Shown piece after piece: positions 51,911-64,000 of a DNA stretch of 64,000 nt; position 1 is the first letter of the stretch; each line of letters opens with the position of its first letter. The notes under the pieces were generated by a model. The model was given only the letters and a program-made list of their open reading frames with translations. It did no database searches and was not told the DNA's origin. The DNA comes from Paraphysomonas bandaiensis (Eukaryota > Protista > Chrysophyceae). The stretch covers positions 1-64,000 of the forward strand of contig CBFFRP010000143.1 of assembly GCA_965644295.1 (NCBI GenBank), given 5' to 3'. The position numbers were made by a program, and so were the translations under genes.

Positions 51911-52542
51911 CTACTTCTCCCATTGCTGGGTCCCGGTTACTATTATTCCAAACAAAAACAGTAGCATGACTGCAATTGGAAGTGGAGCATTACTTATACG
52001 ACCAAATTTCTGAGGAGGCTCGGGGGTCATCAGCAGATTCTTAATGCTTATATAGTGATTGTATCCCAGGGCGGTAATCAACGCTCCAATTATTAAGAAC
52101 CCAAAGAACGCTATTTTGACTGCAACATTGCCAAAGGGTGACGTTCCAGACAACACAAGAAACGCAAAAAATGTCCGAATGTAGGCAAGGCCTGTTCGTT
52201 GCCATGCAAGCCAATTTCTTTCATTCCCCAAATCTGCAGATAACCTTGTCATTCGGAACATTGCATCCATTGTGTTATTTTTCGATGTCGACTCGCCTTT
52301 TGTCACAGGACCAACATTTTGAGACGGTTTTGTGACAGGTTTGCTTTCGCTACGGCTCTCTGTACTAACTATTTCCTTACACGTCAATGCTATAGCATCG
52401 CGTTTCTTTTTTAAAATTTGAACCTATACAGATATAATCAATTCATCCACACCGATAAGAATAGACTTACCTTCTTTTCTTCTAAGTGAATGAGGTTCTC
52501 TAGCTCTATAATTTCCTGGTCGTTATCTACCGCATCTACCAT
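51911..52542 (-). CDS. DUF202 (YidH/VTC1-like) small membrane protein, 2 exons
   Basis: ADLGNERNWLAWQRTGL motif followed by 3 hydrophobic helices; intron at about 52425-52470. Confidence 0.85.
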
Positions 52543-53186
52543 CACCAACAGATAATATTAAAATGAAATACAGTCCAACAACGTTAATGAGTGGCGGCGT
52601 GATAAGGCATATCCATAATTGATGTCAGCGTGTTTGAGATTGGATAGAGCAGTATTAGTAAATGAGTAGAGCATTTGGTAAACGACACACGTATCCATAT
52701 ATACCCCGTACACTCACGTCTCCTGTCTCCTGGTGGTGTCATTGATTGGACGCAATACATACTACAGACACACATCTACGTACTGTATATGTATACCAGT
52801 ATACTGTGGTATATATTGTACTCTGATGTTTTTCAGTATTCGGTATTATATACTGTACCGGTTTGTTCGTAGTCTTGCTGTGCATGTAAATTCGTACGAA
52901 AATTCGTATTGTATAGCTATACCGTATACAGCATAGTCCTGAAGGTATACAGAGCAGTGTGTATGTCTCCACGTGTACTGTACAGCAGTATATATAAATG
53001 TTCGAGATCGAGTATACGATTCATCATAGAAATATAGTAAAGAGCACTGGGAGCGAGTCAGTGTTTGTGGGCTCAACAGCATCGTCAGAATCCTCGTAGG
53101 CATAACATCTAGTTACCTATCTGCTGCACTGGACACATCCTTCTCTCTATATATATATATATCGATAGTTCCATTGAGGGACACAC

Positions 53187-54249
53187 ATGAGTGCCTCCAT
53201 CGAATCCTTCACCACCATAACTGTGAAACACGTGTACAACAAGGATGCTGGTCATGTTAAGATATCTTTACCTAGGAACTCACGTGTATGTGATGTGAAG
53301 CGGATGATTCAGATAGAAGATGAGATGCATCCGGACCCTCTGCAACAGAAACTCATATTTAAAGGAAAGATTCCATCCGATCAAGAATTTCTGTGTGATG
53401 TACTTCGCATTGTAAGTGACTGTCTGTGTAGATGAATTTGGCACGCTTCATGTGTACGTCTGAATAATTATTTTGTGCATATTCAGGCTGAGCAGTCGAC
53501 AGAGGATTCGCCAGTGTTTCACCTTGTTATATCCGCAACGACTACTTCTGGAGAGAAGGATGACAAGCGCTCACCCAATGGAGCAGGTGTAGGGGTAGTC
53601 TTTGATCCATGCAGTGTACAGGCAGCTGAGGCTTGGCTCTCCAGTGCCGGGCCCGATGAACAGCACAGTGTGCTGCACCGATCAGCAAGAACTACGTTAC
53701 TTGCGGCCAAAGCCGCACTTCAGCATGAGCAAGGAGAAAATTTGCCACCGGATGGTAATGAGCAAGATGCTAGGCAGCAGCCAATGCAACAACAACAACA
53801 ACAGGACCCCATACCGGCGGTATTCAATTTTAGGGTGCTGACGCGAATCGCCCTTTCAGTCTTGCTTATCGGGCGCAATTTCTCAATCCCTACCCAAGTT
53901 ATAGGTAAATTATATTGTACTCATTTCTCATATATTTTACCTACCTTCCCTTAATGTAGCTGGACTGCTGTACTACTTGTATGAGACAGGATGGATGGGG
54001 CATCTCACCCAGTGGGGCATGCGCGCTGCTGGATATGGTGTGGGAAATGGGAGGCGAGAGGGAAGTGAAGGGGCTGTACAGTGGGTAGCCAGTATACGTC
54101 CGGGAGTACCACGATTGGGTGGTCCAGTGATGGACTTATTAGCACTACTATCTGCATTCTTTTTGAGTCTTTTTCCGAGGTAAGTGTTTCATTGCAGAGC
54201 GATATATGCTAAACATTTTTCTGTGCGTAATAGTTGGCATCCGGAGTAG
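53187..54249 (+). CDS. Ubiquitin-like domain membrane protein (HERP-like), 4 exons
   Basis: N-terminal UBL (V.DVK..I....HP.P.QQKLIFKGK...D...L...PVFHLVI), C-terminal hydrophobic hairpins ending AFFLSLFPSWHPE*. Confidence 0.75.
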
Positions 54250-54550
54250 CCATATACAATGTCAACTAGTTTGAAACAGTGGTGCCGAATAAGTTTCCAG
54301 ACTTTTTATCTTCGTCTTCTTTTTCTGAATTGGAACAGGAGAAAATATGTAAATATGTTAGAAGTAGAATTTTATTTTGTAAAATGCTTCCGTAATCGAA
54401 TAAAAATGGTACTCACCTTATATATTGCCAACAGCGACATCACGGTTTCGACGCTTTACAAGATATAGATCTCGTCATTTCGTGTGCGCTAGATATTATA
54501 CAAATTGTCCCCAAGGATTTCTAGCATAGATCATATATCGTCATTGCTGA

Positions 54551-54790
54551 GTTCTGCTATTTTAGAGCAATGAAAGCTGTAGTCCAAAGATATTTGACTT
54601 ATGACTGTTAGTAGAAGAACATAGAATTGGCTAACTGTATTATGAGAACTAATGTCATAATAGTGTTGAGTTTTGCTGTTTGTGAGCAATTAAAAGCTGT
54701 AGTTTCTACAGTATTTGAATTACAACCGTTACTCAAAGAATACAGAAGTAACAAACCGTATTATGAGAACCAATGATAAATGATATGATA
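54551..54790. repeat. Two diverged ~120-bp tandem units of the AT-rich dispersed repeat
   Basis: GTTCTGCTAT..GAGCAATGAAAGCTGTAG..GTATTATGAGAAC at 54551 and again at ~54671; matches 24414 onward. Confidence 0.65.
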
Positions 54791-54876
54791 GCTATTAGAG
54801 ATGCAGTCCGAATACTGGTTCAGGTATGAGAGAAGCTTGAGGATTTAGTCAACGTAGAACGAGTTCTTTACTTCTG

Positions 54877-55730
54877 TGTTGCTATAAATAATATGAGTGT
54901 TTATTCGCTGTCTGATGAATGCGTTAATAGTTAGTCGTGCTCGCGCTTCCAAGCACATATTGAAGTCCTGTAGTAACGCATGTAGTAACGCACTATAGCC
55001 ACGTAAGTAGGACACGCGAGATGCCACGTGGTCACATTGCCCCTCCCCTCTTAGGTTGAAATTTTTGTGAATCCCGATCCGGCGCCTACATATGCCAACA
55101 GAACTAGGTGTGACGTAGCTATCAGAATGAAGACGATCCGGATGAACTCATGGAATATATATCATATGGAAGGAAATAGTCAAAGTAGAGTGTGTAAGCC
55201 TAATAAGTCACAGACTTATGGAAATTTTCGGGCCAAAATCATCATCTACTAGTACCATGTTGCTAGTATTCTCCTCAGAATGAACGAAAAATGTATTAGG
55301 TAGTTGTCATAACGGTAGGTGCGGAGAGTGAGAAGATATTTCATCGATAAGACTCGCTTTTAGAGCTCTTGTGGTACCAGTGTGTGAACTGGATAGGAGC
55401 TACATAAGTAAGACGATGAGAATCCGGTAGGTCCAACTCATCATACCAAACATCGCCATATATTTGCAAATCAACGTATGCGAAATCACCAGGTTGAAAC
55501 AGAGTCATCGGTTGCCTGCGAATATCTGATATATATTTCTTAGCACCTTCAGATGAATAAGTAAGATGGTATAGATATCTTTAGCTGGAGCAAAACTCAG
55601 CATAAGGTGGTATCGAGTCAAAGAGATCCTTACTATAAGGCACTTCTCTAACATCACCATCATCTTGGAAACGCACACAGTAAAAGTCATAGTAGATCTC
55701 ACGTCGCTATCGCCGTCGCTATATTGATAG
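54877..55730 (-). mobile_element. Gypsy 3' relic: degenerate pol C-terminus, PPT and short 3' LTR
   Basis: Minus-strand broken frame RSTMTFTV..DDGDVREVPYSKDLFDS..YAEFC..FQPGDFAYVDLQIYGDVWYDELDLPD; PPT AAGAGGGGAGGGGCAA (55037-55052); LTR TGTGACC..AATAAA..CAACA (55036-54877). Confidence 0.7.
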
Positions 55731-55732
55731 TC

Positions 55733-56513
55733 TTATTATCTAGCTATAGGCGTTAAAAATCTGCACCAATGTATTTAGACCTCTACCCATAACTAATCAG
55801 CACAAACTCTATTATCCTACTATTTAGCGAGTTACAGAAGCTGCTTGTGCGTCGCCGCAAGCACCAAGGTGCGACCACTTCCGTTCTTAATGTTGATTGT
55901 GAGGCTCGCCTTGATCGTGTGATCAGGGTGGTCTCCCCTTGGGATGACACTCCCCTGGGATTTTGTGGAGGTACAGGGTTGGAATGTGGCGCTGTCTCAG
56001 TGCACCGTTTGGGCCTCGGGCACAGGTAAAGTTGCCGGAGACGGCGTTTATGTCGAGGTCCTGAGGGTTTCTTGAGGGACGGTGATATGTTCCTGTGGGT
56101 ATGATTGGTGGGGTTCGTGTGTGCGGTGGACGGTGGTGGTCCAGTCTCGGGTTGTCTGCGGACTCCTAGTAATCGTAGTACCCTTTGGCGCTTCCATGGC
56201 TGACTAAGTTTCTGACGCGGTCGCGGGAGTAGCCTAGGGGGTACTTTGTGTAGGGTAATATAGCTGCGACTGCGAACTTGGATCATGAGCTTCGCCGCAG
56301 CAAAAAGCGGGAGAAGCAGACTGATGACCGCTACCTCAAGGTTGCGCAGACTTTGAGGTGTCAGGGACTCATGGATGTGATCTCCAAAATCCATCACGAG
56401 TTGAGCTGTGGTGATTAAGGGGCTCCAGGCCCTACTGGAGGGCCTCTGCAGCGCATTGGTGGTCCAGTGGGGTAGATCCTGATCTCTCAATATCACTTGG
56501 AGCACGTTTTTGT
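55733..56513 (-). mobile_element. 5'-truncated copy of the SET/OTU LINE (C-terminus and 3' UTR)
   Basis: ORF 55783..56505 closely matches the end of ORF 25038..33404 (FGDHIHESL, LLPLFAAAKLMIQ, PPRLLPRP); same 3' UTR. Confidence 0.93.
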
Positions 56514-56649
56514 GTCTTCGTCGCTATCACATGTTATTTATGATTATGCAAAGCCATTTTGTATGCTGTGTCACGATCTCCTGAAATTAGTTATTCATCA
56601 ATGACAGAAGCGCGCATCATTTGGCCTGAGTAGTGCTGAAACTGTACAA

Positions 56650-56945
56650 GAGAGTGACGATGTAAGATCGTACTAGAAATGGTAGGTGTAGTAGAGATAA
56701 AATGAGCTGGTGAATGACAATAAATAATGAATGATATCTCTTATAATTTATAATTTTCTGCTTAAAGTGTTTATCTAAGCTTTCTTACTAAGTTCATCTA
56801 CTATGTAATCATGTCGTTATCCGTTATCTGACAGCAATCGTAGTAGTGAAACTAAAATATATTTAATGTTGACCGTATAAGATCGTGGTATCAATGGTTG
56901 TATGGAAATGATTGGTAGTTGGGACAACATGAATTTGGCGATTGG
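56650..56945. repeat. Second half of the AT-rich dispersed repeat
   Basis: GTGACGATGTAAGATCGTACTAGAAATGG, TTATAATTTATAATT and GGTAGT..ACAACATGAA.TTG match 24561-24750. Confidence 0.6.
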
Positions 56946-57344
56946 TATATTGATCATAAGTTTATTATATGCTACCATAAGTTTCTTACTTTTCAGTTAT
57001 GTCAATTTCCATCAGTCATGATGGATGGAACATGTCTAGGGCATGTGTGTAGTATAGAACATGAAATCAGACGGGAAAAATTGACTGATAATAATTAAAC
57101 GTTAATTTTAATCATATAGACCATTTTATCTGAGAAAGCAAAAATGAAAAACTTGAAGTACAATTGGGTCTGTAATGGTAGCCCCGACATTGCCAATACT
57201 ATCTTGTAAATAACACCATTAGCATACAGACTCAAAATATTATTGGAGCCATAGCATGTCCAATAGACTATTTACACAATTTCACAACTTTATGTAAATC
57301 GACTTCCCGCTCGAGTCACATACACATAAGTGGAGTGCACAGCT

Positions 57345-58283
57345 TTAGTACTTGTGCATTAGCAAAAACTCCTCCAGTGATGAAACTAACGCCTGTTCCA
57401 CTTCCGGAACGCTCAGTATTGCAAACGCGATCCAGAGGGCATATTTGTTGATCCGAAAAGATGTTCGCAGGACGTAGACGGCAGAGAGTTTAGCGAAAAA
57501 CATGATCGTGCAACAATTGAGGCGTATGTGATAAATGCTGAAGAGTAGGCACGTTGTGTACCAAAATGCATGTGATATCTCCGTTATAAGACTTTTTCGG
57601 TAAAGGGTCATCAGAAAAGCGGAAGATTGTATAGCAATAAAGGTATTGAAGCCTAAATCACAGAGTCTATCGTGCGGCTGAAGGTGACTGGCCAGTGCGG
57701 AAAACTGGTAAAAGGCGTAAAACCGAAGAACTGCAGTGATATCAGAAGAATGCTTATCATTAACCCGGACAGTGGTAACACCATCTTTTGAACCATAGCG
57801 CTGGGTTATTTTATCCGCAGCTACGTGGTGTGCGAGAACCAAAGCTGGTAGCAAAATTCGTTCCCAAATGGTACCCTGAAAAGGGCGGAAACAGCCGAAC
57901 AAATACACAGATAAACACCGCGTTGAAAACACGATCGCATGAAGTCTGTACTCTTCCCAGATAATCATTGGTCTGTTAATGATGCGGTGTTTGATGACAT
58001 GGAATATCAAGGAACTAGTCGACAGGAGTATGTGAACGGCTATAGTTAAGTGGTCGAATAACCTGCCATCAAAACCAAGAGTGCCCGTAGTAGGATACAC
58101 CCACAAGTAACGGTATATAAAGCTGCATAAGCTCAATATACCAAGCACTTTATGGACCTGAAAGTTGTCCTCATTAGTGAATAACTTGGAGAGAGTTTTC
58201 TTGAGCACTCCATCAGGTAAACTATGAGTCCACTCTTGATATCCTCTCCTCTCTTTCGCTGAATTATGCTCCACTGTAGCCAT
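57345..58283 (-). CDS. Intronless hypothetical polytopic membrane protein with His-rich motifs
   Basis: 312-aa ATG ORF; ED..VHKVLG, H.LLS.SSLIFH, EYRLHAIVF, IQSSAFLMTLYRK; several TM segments. Confidence 0.8.
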   Translation of the reverse strand: MATVEHNSAKERRGYQEWTHSLPDGVLKKTLSKLFTNEDNFQVHKVLGILSLCSFIYRYLWVYPTTGTLGFDGRLFDHLTIAVHILLSTSSLIFHVIKHRIINRPMIIWEEYRLHAIVFSTRCLSVYLFGCFRPFQGTIWERILLPALVLAHHVAADKITQRYGSKDGVTTVRVNDKHSSDITAVLRFYAFYQFSALASHLQPHDRLCDLGFNTFIAIQSSAFLMTLYRKSLITEISHAFWYTTCLLFSIYHIRLNCCTIMFFAKLSAVYVLRTSFRINKYALWIAFAILSVPEVEQALVSSLEEFLLMHKY

Positions 58284-58787
58284 AATGGTTAAGTAATTGC
58301 AAAGGATATTGGATTCTTTCTATAAAAGCTGATTCGTGAATAGATGACGATAATGAGGCTGGCTTTAGTAGTCAACTGTCGTCATGCATGTATGAGTATG
58401 TATGTATATGTACACTGCAAGTCTAGAAGTATACCCCCCTCCAACAAAAATTTGTCGCCAACAGCCATTCAATCGACCTGTAGATTGTGAGGGAAACTTC
58501 CCGCTAAAACTACTGGTTTTTATTGCTGTAGTCCATGACCGTACTACAGTGCATATACAGCAGAAATACTGTGAGGGGTGGCGGAGAATAACTCGCTGTA
58601 TTCCTATGGTATTACACACTGTATTTCACAAGTGACCGTTAGAAATAGTTGATATCTATGTCTCAACACACCAAGTAGCAACTGAGTAGTTCAGGAGGTC
58701 GACCGCTATCTATGTGCTCCTAAAGAGAGGACTGCACAATAAATAGAAAGCCTCAAGTTCATAGTAATAGAGGTGTTGCTAATAGTT

Positions 58788-61700
58788 ATGCAATCAACGG
58801 AAGATAATCATATTAAGGTTGCTTGCCGAGTTAGGCCAACAAGCACAAAGGAGTCTTCACAGGGTACGCGTCAATGCATTCACACAGGAGAACACAACGA
58901 AATAGTTATTAATTCGAAACCTGAACCAAGAACTTTTACATTTGATTTTGTTGCTGACCAAAATGCTAGCCAAGACGATGTGTTCAGGAACATTGGAGAG
59001 CCGATAACATCTTCGTGTATTCAAGGTTACAATGGAACTATATTGTGCTATGGACAGACTGGAAGGTAGATCCAACAATATTTATATACTCTCACTTATT
59101 TGAGTTGACAGTGGAAAAACGTACACTATATTCGGCCCAGATGCGAATACAAGTAAAGACACCACTGGATGTACCACTCACTGCGGACTTGTGCCTCGAG
59201 CTCTGGATTACATATGGCAGCACATATCAAGAGAAAAAGACTCATCAACTGCTGAGAAAAGTTTTTCGTGTCGGTGCTCGTTCTATGAGATATATCAGGA
59301 AAAAGTGTTTGATCTTTTGGACTCTGCAGGGGGGTCGATAGGTGGACTATCAGTGCGAGAGGATGCCACGCGTGGTGTGTATGTGGAAGGATGCACTGAG
59401 GAAGAAGTATGCTCGCCAGCAGACGCCAATCGAGTGCTTTCAGTTGGTTACCGGAATAGGCATGTGGGAGAGACTGCTATGAACCGCGAGTCTAGCCGGT
59501 CCCATGCTGTGTTCCAGCTCATTATTGATACAACAGAAGAAAAAAATGGAGTACGGACTTGCAGAACAGCCAAATTCAGTCAAATAGACCTTGCCGGCAG
59601 TGAGCGACAAAAAAATACAAATGCTACAGGAGAACGACTGAAAGAAGCCAGCCAGATAAACAAATCTCTATCAGCTCTCGGAAATGTTATCAATGCCCTT
59701 GCAGATATATCTGGGCACGGTACTCGGCGACACGTCCACTACCGTGACAGCAAACTTACATTTCTCTTGCGCGACTCTCTGGGAGGGAACTCTAAAACTG
59801 TTTTGGTAGCTACTGTCTCTCCAGCAGATGTCTGCTTTGCGGAAACTTTGTCAACACTTAAATTTGCTCAACGCGCGAAGAGCATAAAGAACTCCGCCGT
59901 GGTAAACGAAGAAACGTCAGGTACCGTACTTGCCCTGAGAAATGAGATTTTGGCACTTAAAGCAAAGCTTAATGAAGTAGAACAACAAGGGGTTCTGGAT
60001 ATTTCTTGTTCAGCAATGGACGACGTAGTGGCCTCACATCAAGCAGAAGATACATTTGAAAACGGGGGACTACTGGACCTTATTCGGGAGATCAAAAACG
60101 CAACAGGACTACTTCAGCAAACAACAGAGGAACAGAAGAAATCTTTGTCATTTGACGAGGCAATTCAGTCCTTCAAAATGAAACTCAAATTTCGAGAGAG
60201 GGAGATTGCGAGTCTCAAGCAGCGTGTAGCAGGGGGGGACCTCACATTTGAGGAAAGGGTGAGGGAAGAGGTCGAATCTGTCAGACGTGAGATGCATGCC
60301 GAGATGGAAGAATTTAAAGGCAAAGAACTAGAGAAAATTCACAACAAGTATTCAGGAATGTCTAAGCAAGATAAAGAAAGAGGTAAATTAGCCTTTGGGG
60401 AAGTTTTAACAGTTTGCGAAAGACTCAGCCATATGGCTGATGTTTGTACCACGAGCGTAGTAATGAACTCTGGTCAGAATGCAACCCATTCTGCCGTCGA
60501 ATCAGAACTTATACTGAAGTTAAAGCAAGACCTCGAGGAAGCTCAAAGTCGTGCAACATGTCTTGAAGCTTCTCTGCAGAGCAGTCGTGAGGAGTTCGAG
60601 GAGAAGACACGTTTACTAGAAAACGGCGTCGCTGAGAGGGACCTGACAATATCTACATTGATTGCAGAAACAGAACGTAGAAGCGAAGAGCTCAATATGT
60701 TACGTGGAGCCATGCAGCAAACAGATGAAGATGTCAAGCGAGCACAAGAATCCGCAGAAGCTGCGCGAGTTGATCAGTACAACAAAATGATGAAGGACAA
60801 CATGGTGCTTTTACAGCGCGGTCGACAGTTAGAACAGGTCTTGTCAGAGAGGCAAAAACAGTTTGAAGAGACAGAATCAGTGTTAAGCAGGACTCGTGGA
60901 GACATGGAAAAAATGTCAGCGGAGTGCCTTGCCACAAAAGGAAAGCTAGCAGATTGCGTAGAAAGTCTCAGAATTGCAGAGTCACGGATAGTTAAATCTG
61001 ACTCTGAGAAATGTGCTGTCAATGAAGAACTTCGACATCGTAATCGTGAAATTGAAACACTGCGAAGAGATATTGAAAAGATGCAGTTTGATCTGGATAA
61101 TTCTCGTGAGGACGCTGATAGCTTATACACCCAAGCAGAAACATTGATGGTAGACATAGAAGAGCTGAAGGGAGTGAACGCCGAATCTGCATCTAAGGTA
61201 TTGCAGTTGGAGACTGAAGTCGACAAGCTTCGCTGCGATATGTTAACGGAATCTGAGCGTCGTCAAACAGCGGAGACAAATGTACAGAATGCAGAGGAAC
61301 GAATAGTTGCATGCTCGGAAAGTATTGCTTCTCTAACAAAGGAGCTCTCTGAGGCGGTAGAGTCTAGAATTCAGATAGAAGGGAAGCTTCGTGAAATAGA
61401 GAAGGAATATAACCAGATGAAGTGTTCATGTCTCAGCAAAGATGTTGAAATTAAGAATCTCAAGGTTGAAAATAACGATGCAATTACTTCGGCAAGAGAA
61501 CTACAAGAAGAGTGCAGCAAATACACGCTGCAGTTACACCAGCTAACCGAAAATGACGAAGTACAACGAAATCAGATCGAGGAGCTCAGAGACCAGGTTG
61601 AGATTGCTAGAAAGCAATGTGATATCATGGAACAGTGTATCGAAGATTTAAGTGAAGAGAACAAAGTATTGAAATCAGAGGTTTGGTTTGATACGACTTG

Positions 61701-63070
61701 CGCAATTCGTTTTCTTACTTATTAATCTTTTAGAAAGATGCAATTGTTGCACTGTTGACATCCAAAGAAGATATTATTTCAAATATGGAACAGCAGCTTA
61801 AACACAGCAAAGAGGATTTACTTACTAAAACAAAGGAATTCGCAGAAGTAAGTAAATCTCATACAGATATGCAGCATCAGCAACAGGAATCATCTATTAG
61901 ATATATGGAGCTGCAAGCTGAAGTAAGTGTAATTGAATTAGCAAGGTTATTCTAACAATTATATTAGATTGAAGCTGTCAAGTTACGTGAGAGTGCTCTT
62001 GGTGTAGAAAGAGACAACTTACGCTTAGAGCGTGATGAAATCAAGCAAAAATTCGAAAGTATACGCTCTGCTATAAATTCAATGTCCGGTATTCACGAAA
62101 AGGCTAATGAAGAGACAAAACTTTCTTCTGAGACACATGACTTGGGTGTATCATGCAGCATCAAAATGCTGCAACAAGCACTTTCAGACAAGGATAGCGA
62201 GTTAAGTTTGGTCAGAGACAAGCTTCGTGAATATAAAGAGACGGTTGGTCAATCTACGTCTCCTTCGTCTGTTTTTATTTTCTTATTTTAGGTTATACAG
62301 CTCCAAAAAGAGACCTCAGAAAACAGAATCGAGCTCGAGACTTTAATTAAGACACTTTCACATGAAAAAATTAAGTTAGCTGACGAAAACAAAATCTACG
62401 AGGCCAAAGTTAATTCTCTACAAGAGGAGTTGGATCGAACGTTGGTTCAGTTATCGGAGCGTGCACGGGCCGCGGAAATAGCGCTTCAACAGAAAGTGGA
62501 GAAAGATATTGAACTGAAGGAGTACATGAATAAAGGAAATGGAGATGCGGAACGACTTGAAATGGAAGCACAGTCACAAATGAAGGAAAGACTCAGTGAT
62601 ATGGAAAGTGCGAATGATGTTCTCAGAAAAGATTTAGCTAGTCGAGATTCCGAAATTTTGAGACTCAGTCAGCAGCTGTCGTCAAATATCGATAAATGTC
62701 ACTCTTTGGAAAGCCAGTTGTCAGAAGTAAACAAGGTAATTTGATGATGATGGGTTGTTTCTATTGTCACTGTAGTAATTTTTAGGAAAATGCACGTCTC
62801 TGTGGTCATCAAAACACCAAACAAAAGATTCAGCAGCACATGCAACTGAAGAAAAATATTGAAGAGCAAATGGCTTCTTTAAAACTATTGCAAGAGCAAT
62901 TAGTTAAGGTCTCCCATGAACGTGATATGGCACTAGAGGAGTCAGCTCGCCTTAAATCATTACTAGCTGCAAAAAATGCAACAGGCAAGAGTACAAGAAA
63001 AGTATTGGGGGATAAAGGAGCCGAAGTTAATGTGAATCAGTCTTCCATACGACCTCCAGAGACATTATAA
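58788..63070 (+). CDS. KIF15: Kinesin-12 (KIF15/KLP2-like) motor, multi-exon
   Basis: IKVACRVRP, YGQTG/SGKT (split by an intron), MNRESSRSH, DLAGSER, HYRDSKLTFLL, long coiled coil, C-terminal GHQNTKQKIQ (HMMR/KIF15 motif). Confidence 0.92.
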
Positions 63071-63784
63071 CATGACAAGTTACAATGGAGTTCTTGATCT
63101 CCGAATGCTGCATTGTGAAATGTCTTTCAAGCTTCATAAAGACAACATAAAGTGCACATATCACTCATATTTTCTATATATATAGCACCTCGCAGTAGTG
63201 TAACTAATTTTTCTGTTTTGTGTATATATTTTGTTTACATTCTTTCACGATGGTAATTTGACAATACAGTCACCTAAGAAAGGCGATTATCGTCTTTTAG
63301 TATTATTTGACTTTGACTTAACAACTTCAACTAGTTCTATTTACTACTGATACATATCACATTCCGAGTGGCCGCTACGAATATAGTAGTGGTCAACAAC
63401 GTATAGATTAGGCTGCTATACTGATTGCAACGAAACACCTCAAATTCATCTTTATTCTGAACGATTTGACCAACTGAAATGATACTTTTCTAGAAGTGAG
63501 TAATTGATGTGAAAGGTGAAAGGGTGATAAGAACTGATCTCGAAAAAACTGCACCTCCTTTAATGAACTATGTATGAGATGTGAGCAATGAGCAAGATAT
63601 TTATATCTTATATCCACTTATCTACATGAGCACGCAGAGGAAGAGACTACAAGTAGAACACAAACACAACACACAATACGGAGGTTTACTTTTACAGAAG
63701 TTAATATTTTTTGCTAAGGCTTGCTGTTCTCAATTGTATGATTGATATTATAAGATGACATGATAAAGAACCTAGATTGTATTC

Positions 63785-63990
63785 GGTGTGTTCAACACCA
63801 ATCATTTACTTTTGCAAGACCTTCATCCACATACCTCCGAGCCACTTGGCACAATGCCTAAAGGAAGGCCACCAGATCGCCAATCTCAGCAGGGTATAGT
63901 ATTGTTTCCCCTGGTTGCCGTGAGGTACATAAGGCAGCCTCCGAGGCAAATTGCACACAATGTATGTGTAGTCATATAGCGAGTGGAGTC
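63785..63990 (+). mobile_element. Highly diverged 3' end of a related LINE
   Basis: Encodes ..MPKGRPPD, followed by a TGCC-GTGA-GGTA hairpin and AGTCATATAGC similar to the tail at 23460-23535. Confidence 0.55.
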
Positions 63991-64000
63991 TCATCCCAAG

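Overview
Eukaryotic nuclear DNA, probably from a compact stramenopile-like protist (inferred from gene content and very short, roughly 45-70 bp GT-AG introns). Host genes: Rac GTPase, CASC3/Barentsz, a TFIIS-like protein, G6PD, an EHD-family ATPase, UFL1, a multi-pass membrane protein resembling gustatory-receptor-like channels, DUF202, a HERP-like UBL membrane protein, kinesin-12/KIF15 and several hypotheticals. Many are arranged in head-to-head pairs. Mobile DNA is abundant: a Ty3/Gypsy pol joined to a Copia 3' end, hAT relics, a second Gypsy 3' relic and a putative TIR element. The most striking item is an 8.6-kb non-LTR retrotransposon (24805-33410, minus strand). Its uninterrupted ORF of at least 2788 aa puts three OTU-like protease repeats and a SET methyltransferase domain ahead of AP-endonuclease, RT, RNase H and a CCHC knuckle, and it is flanked by an apparently identical 880-bp direct repeat. 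Six other loci share its 3' tail, which has a covarying GNRA stem-loop; two of these are non-coding SINE-like partners. All domain calls were made by eye from motifs; no database searches were run, and exon boundaries are approximate unless stated.
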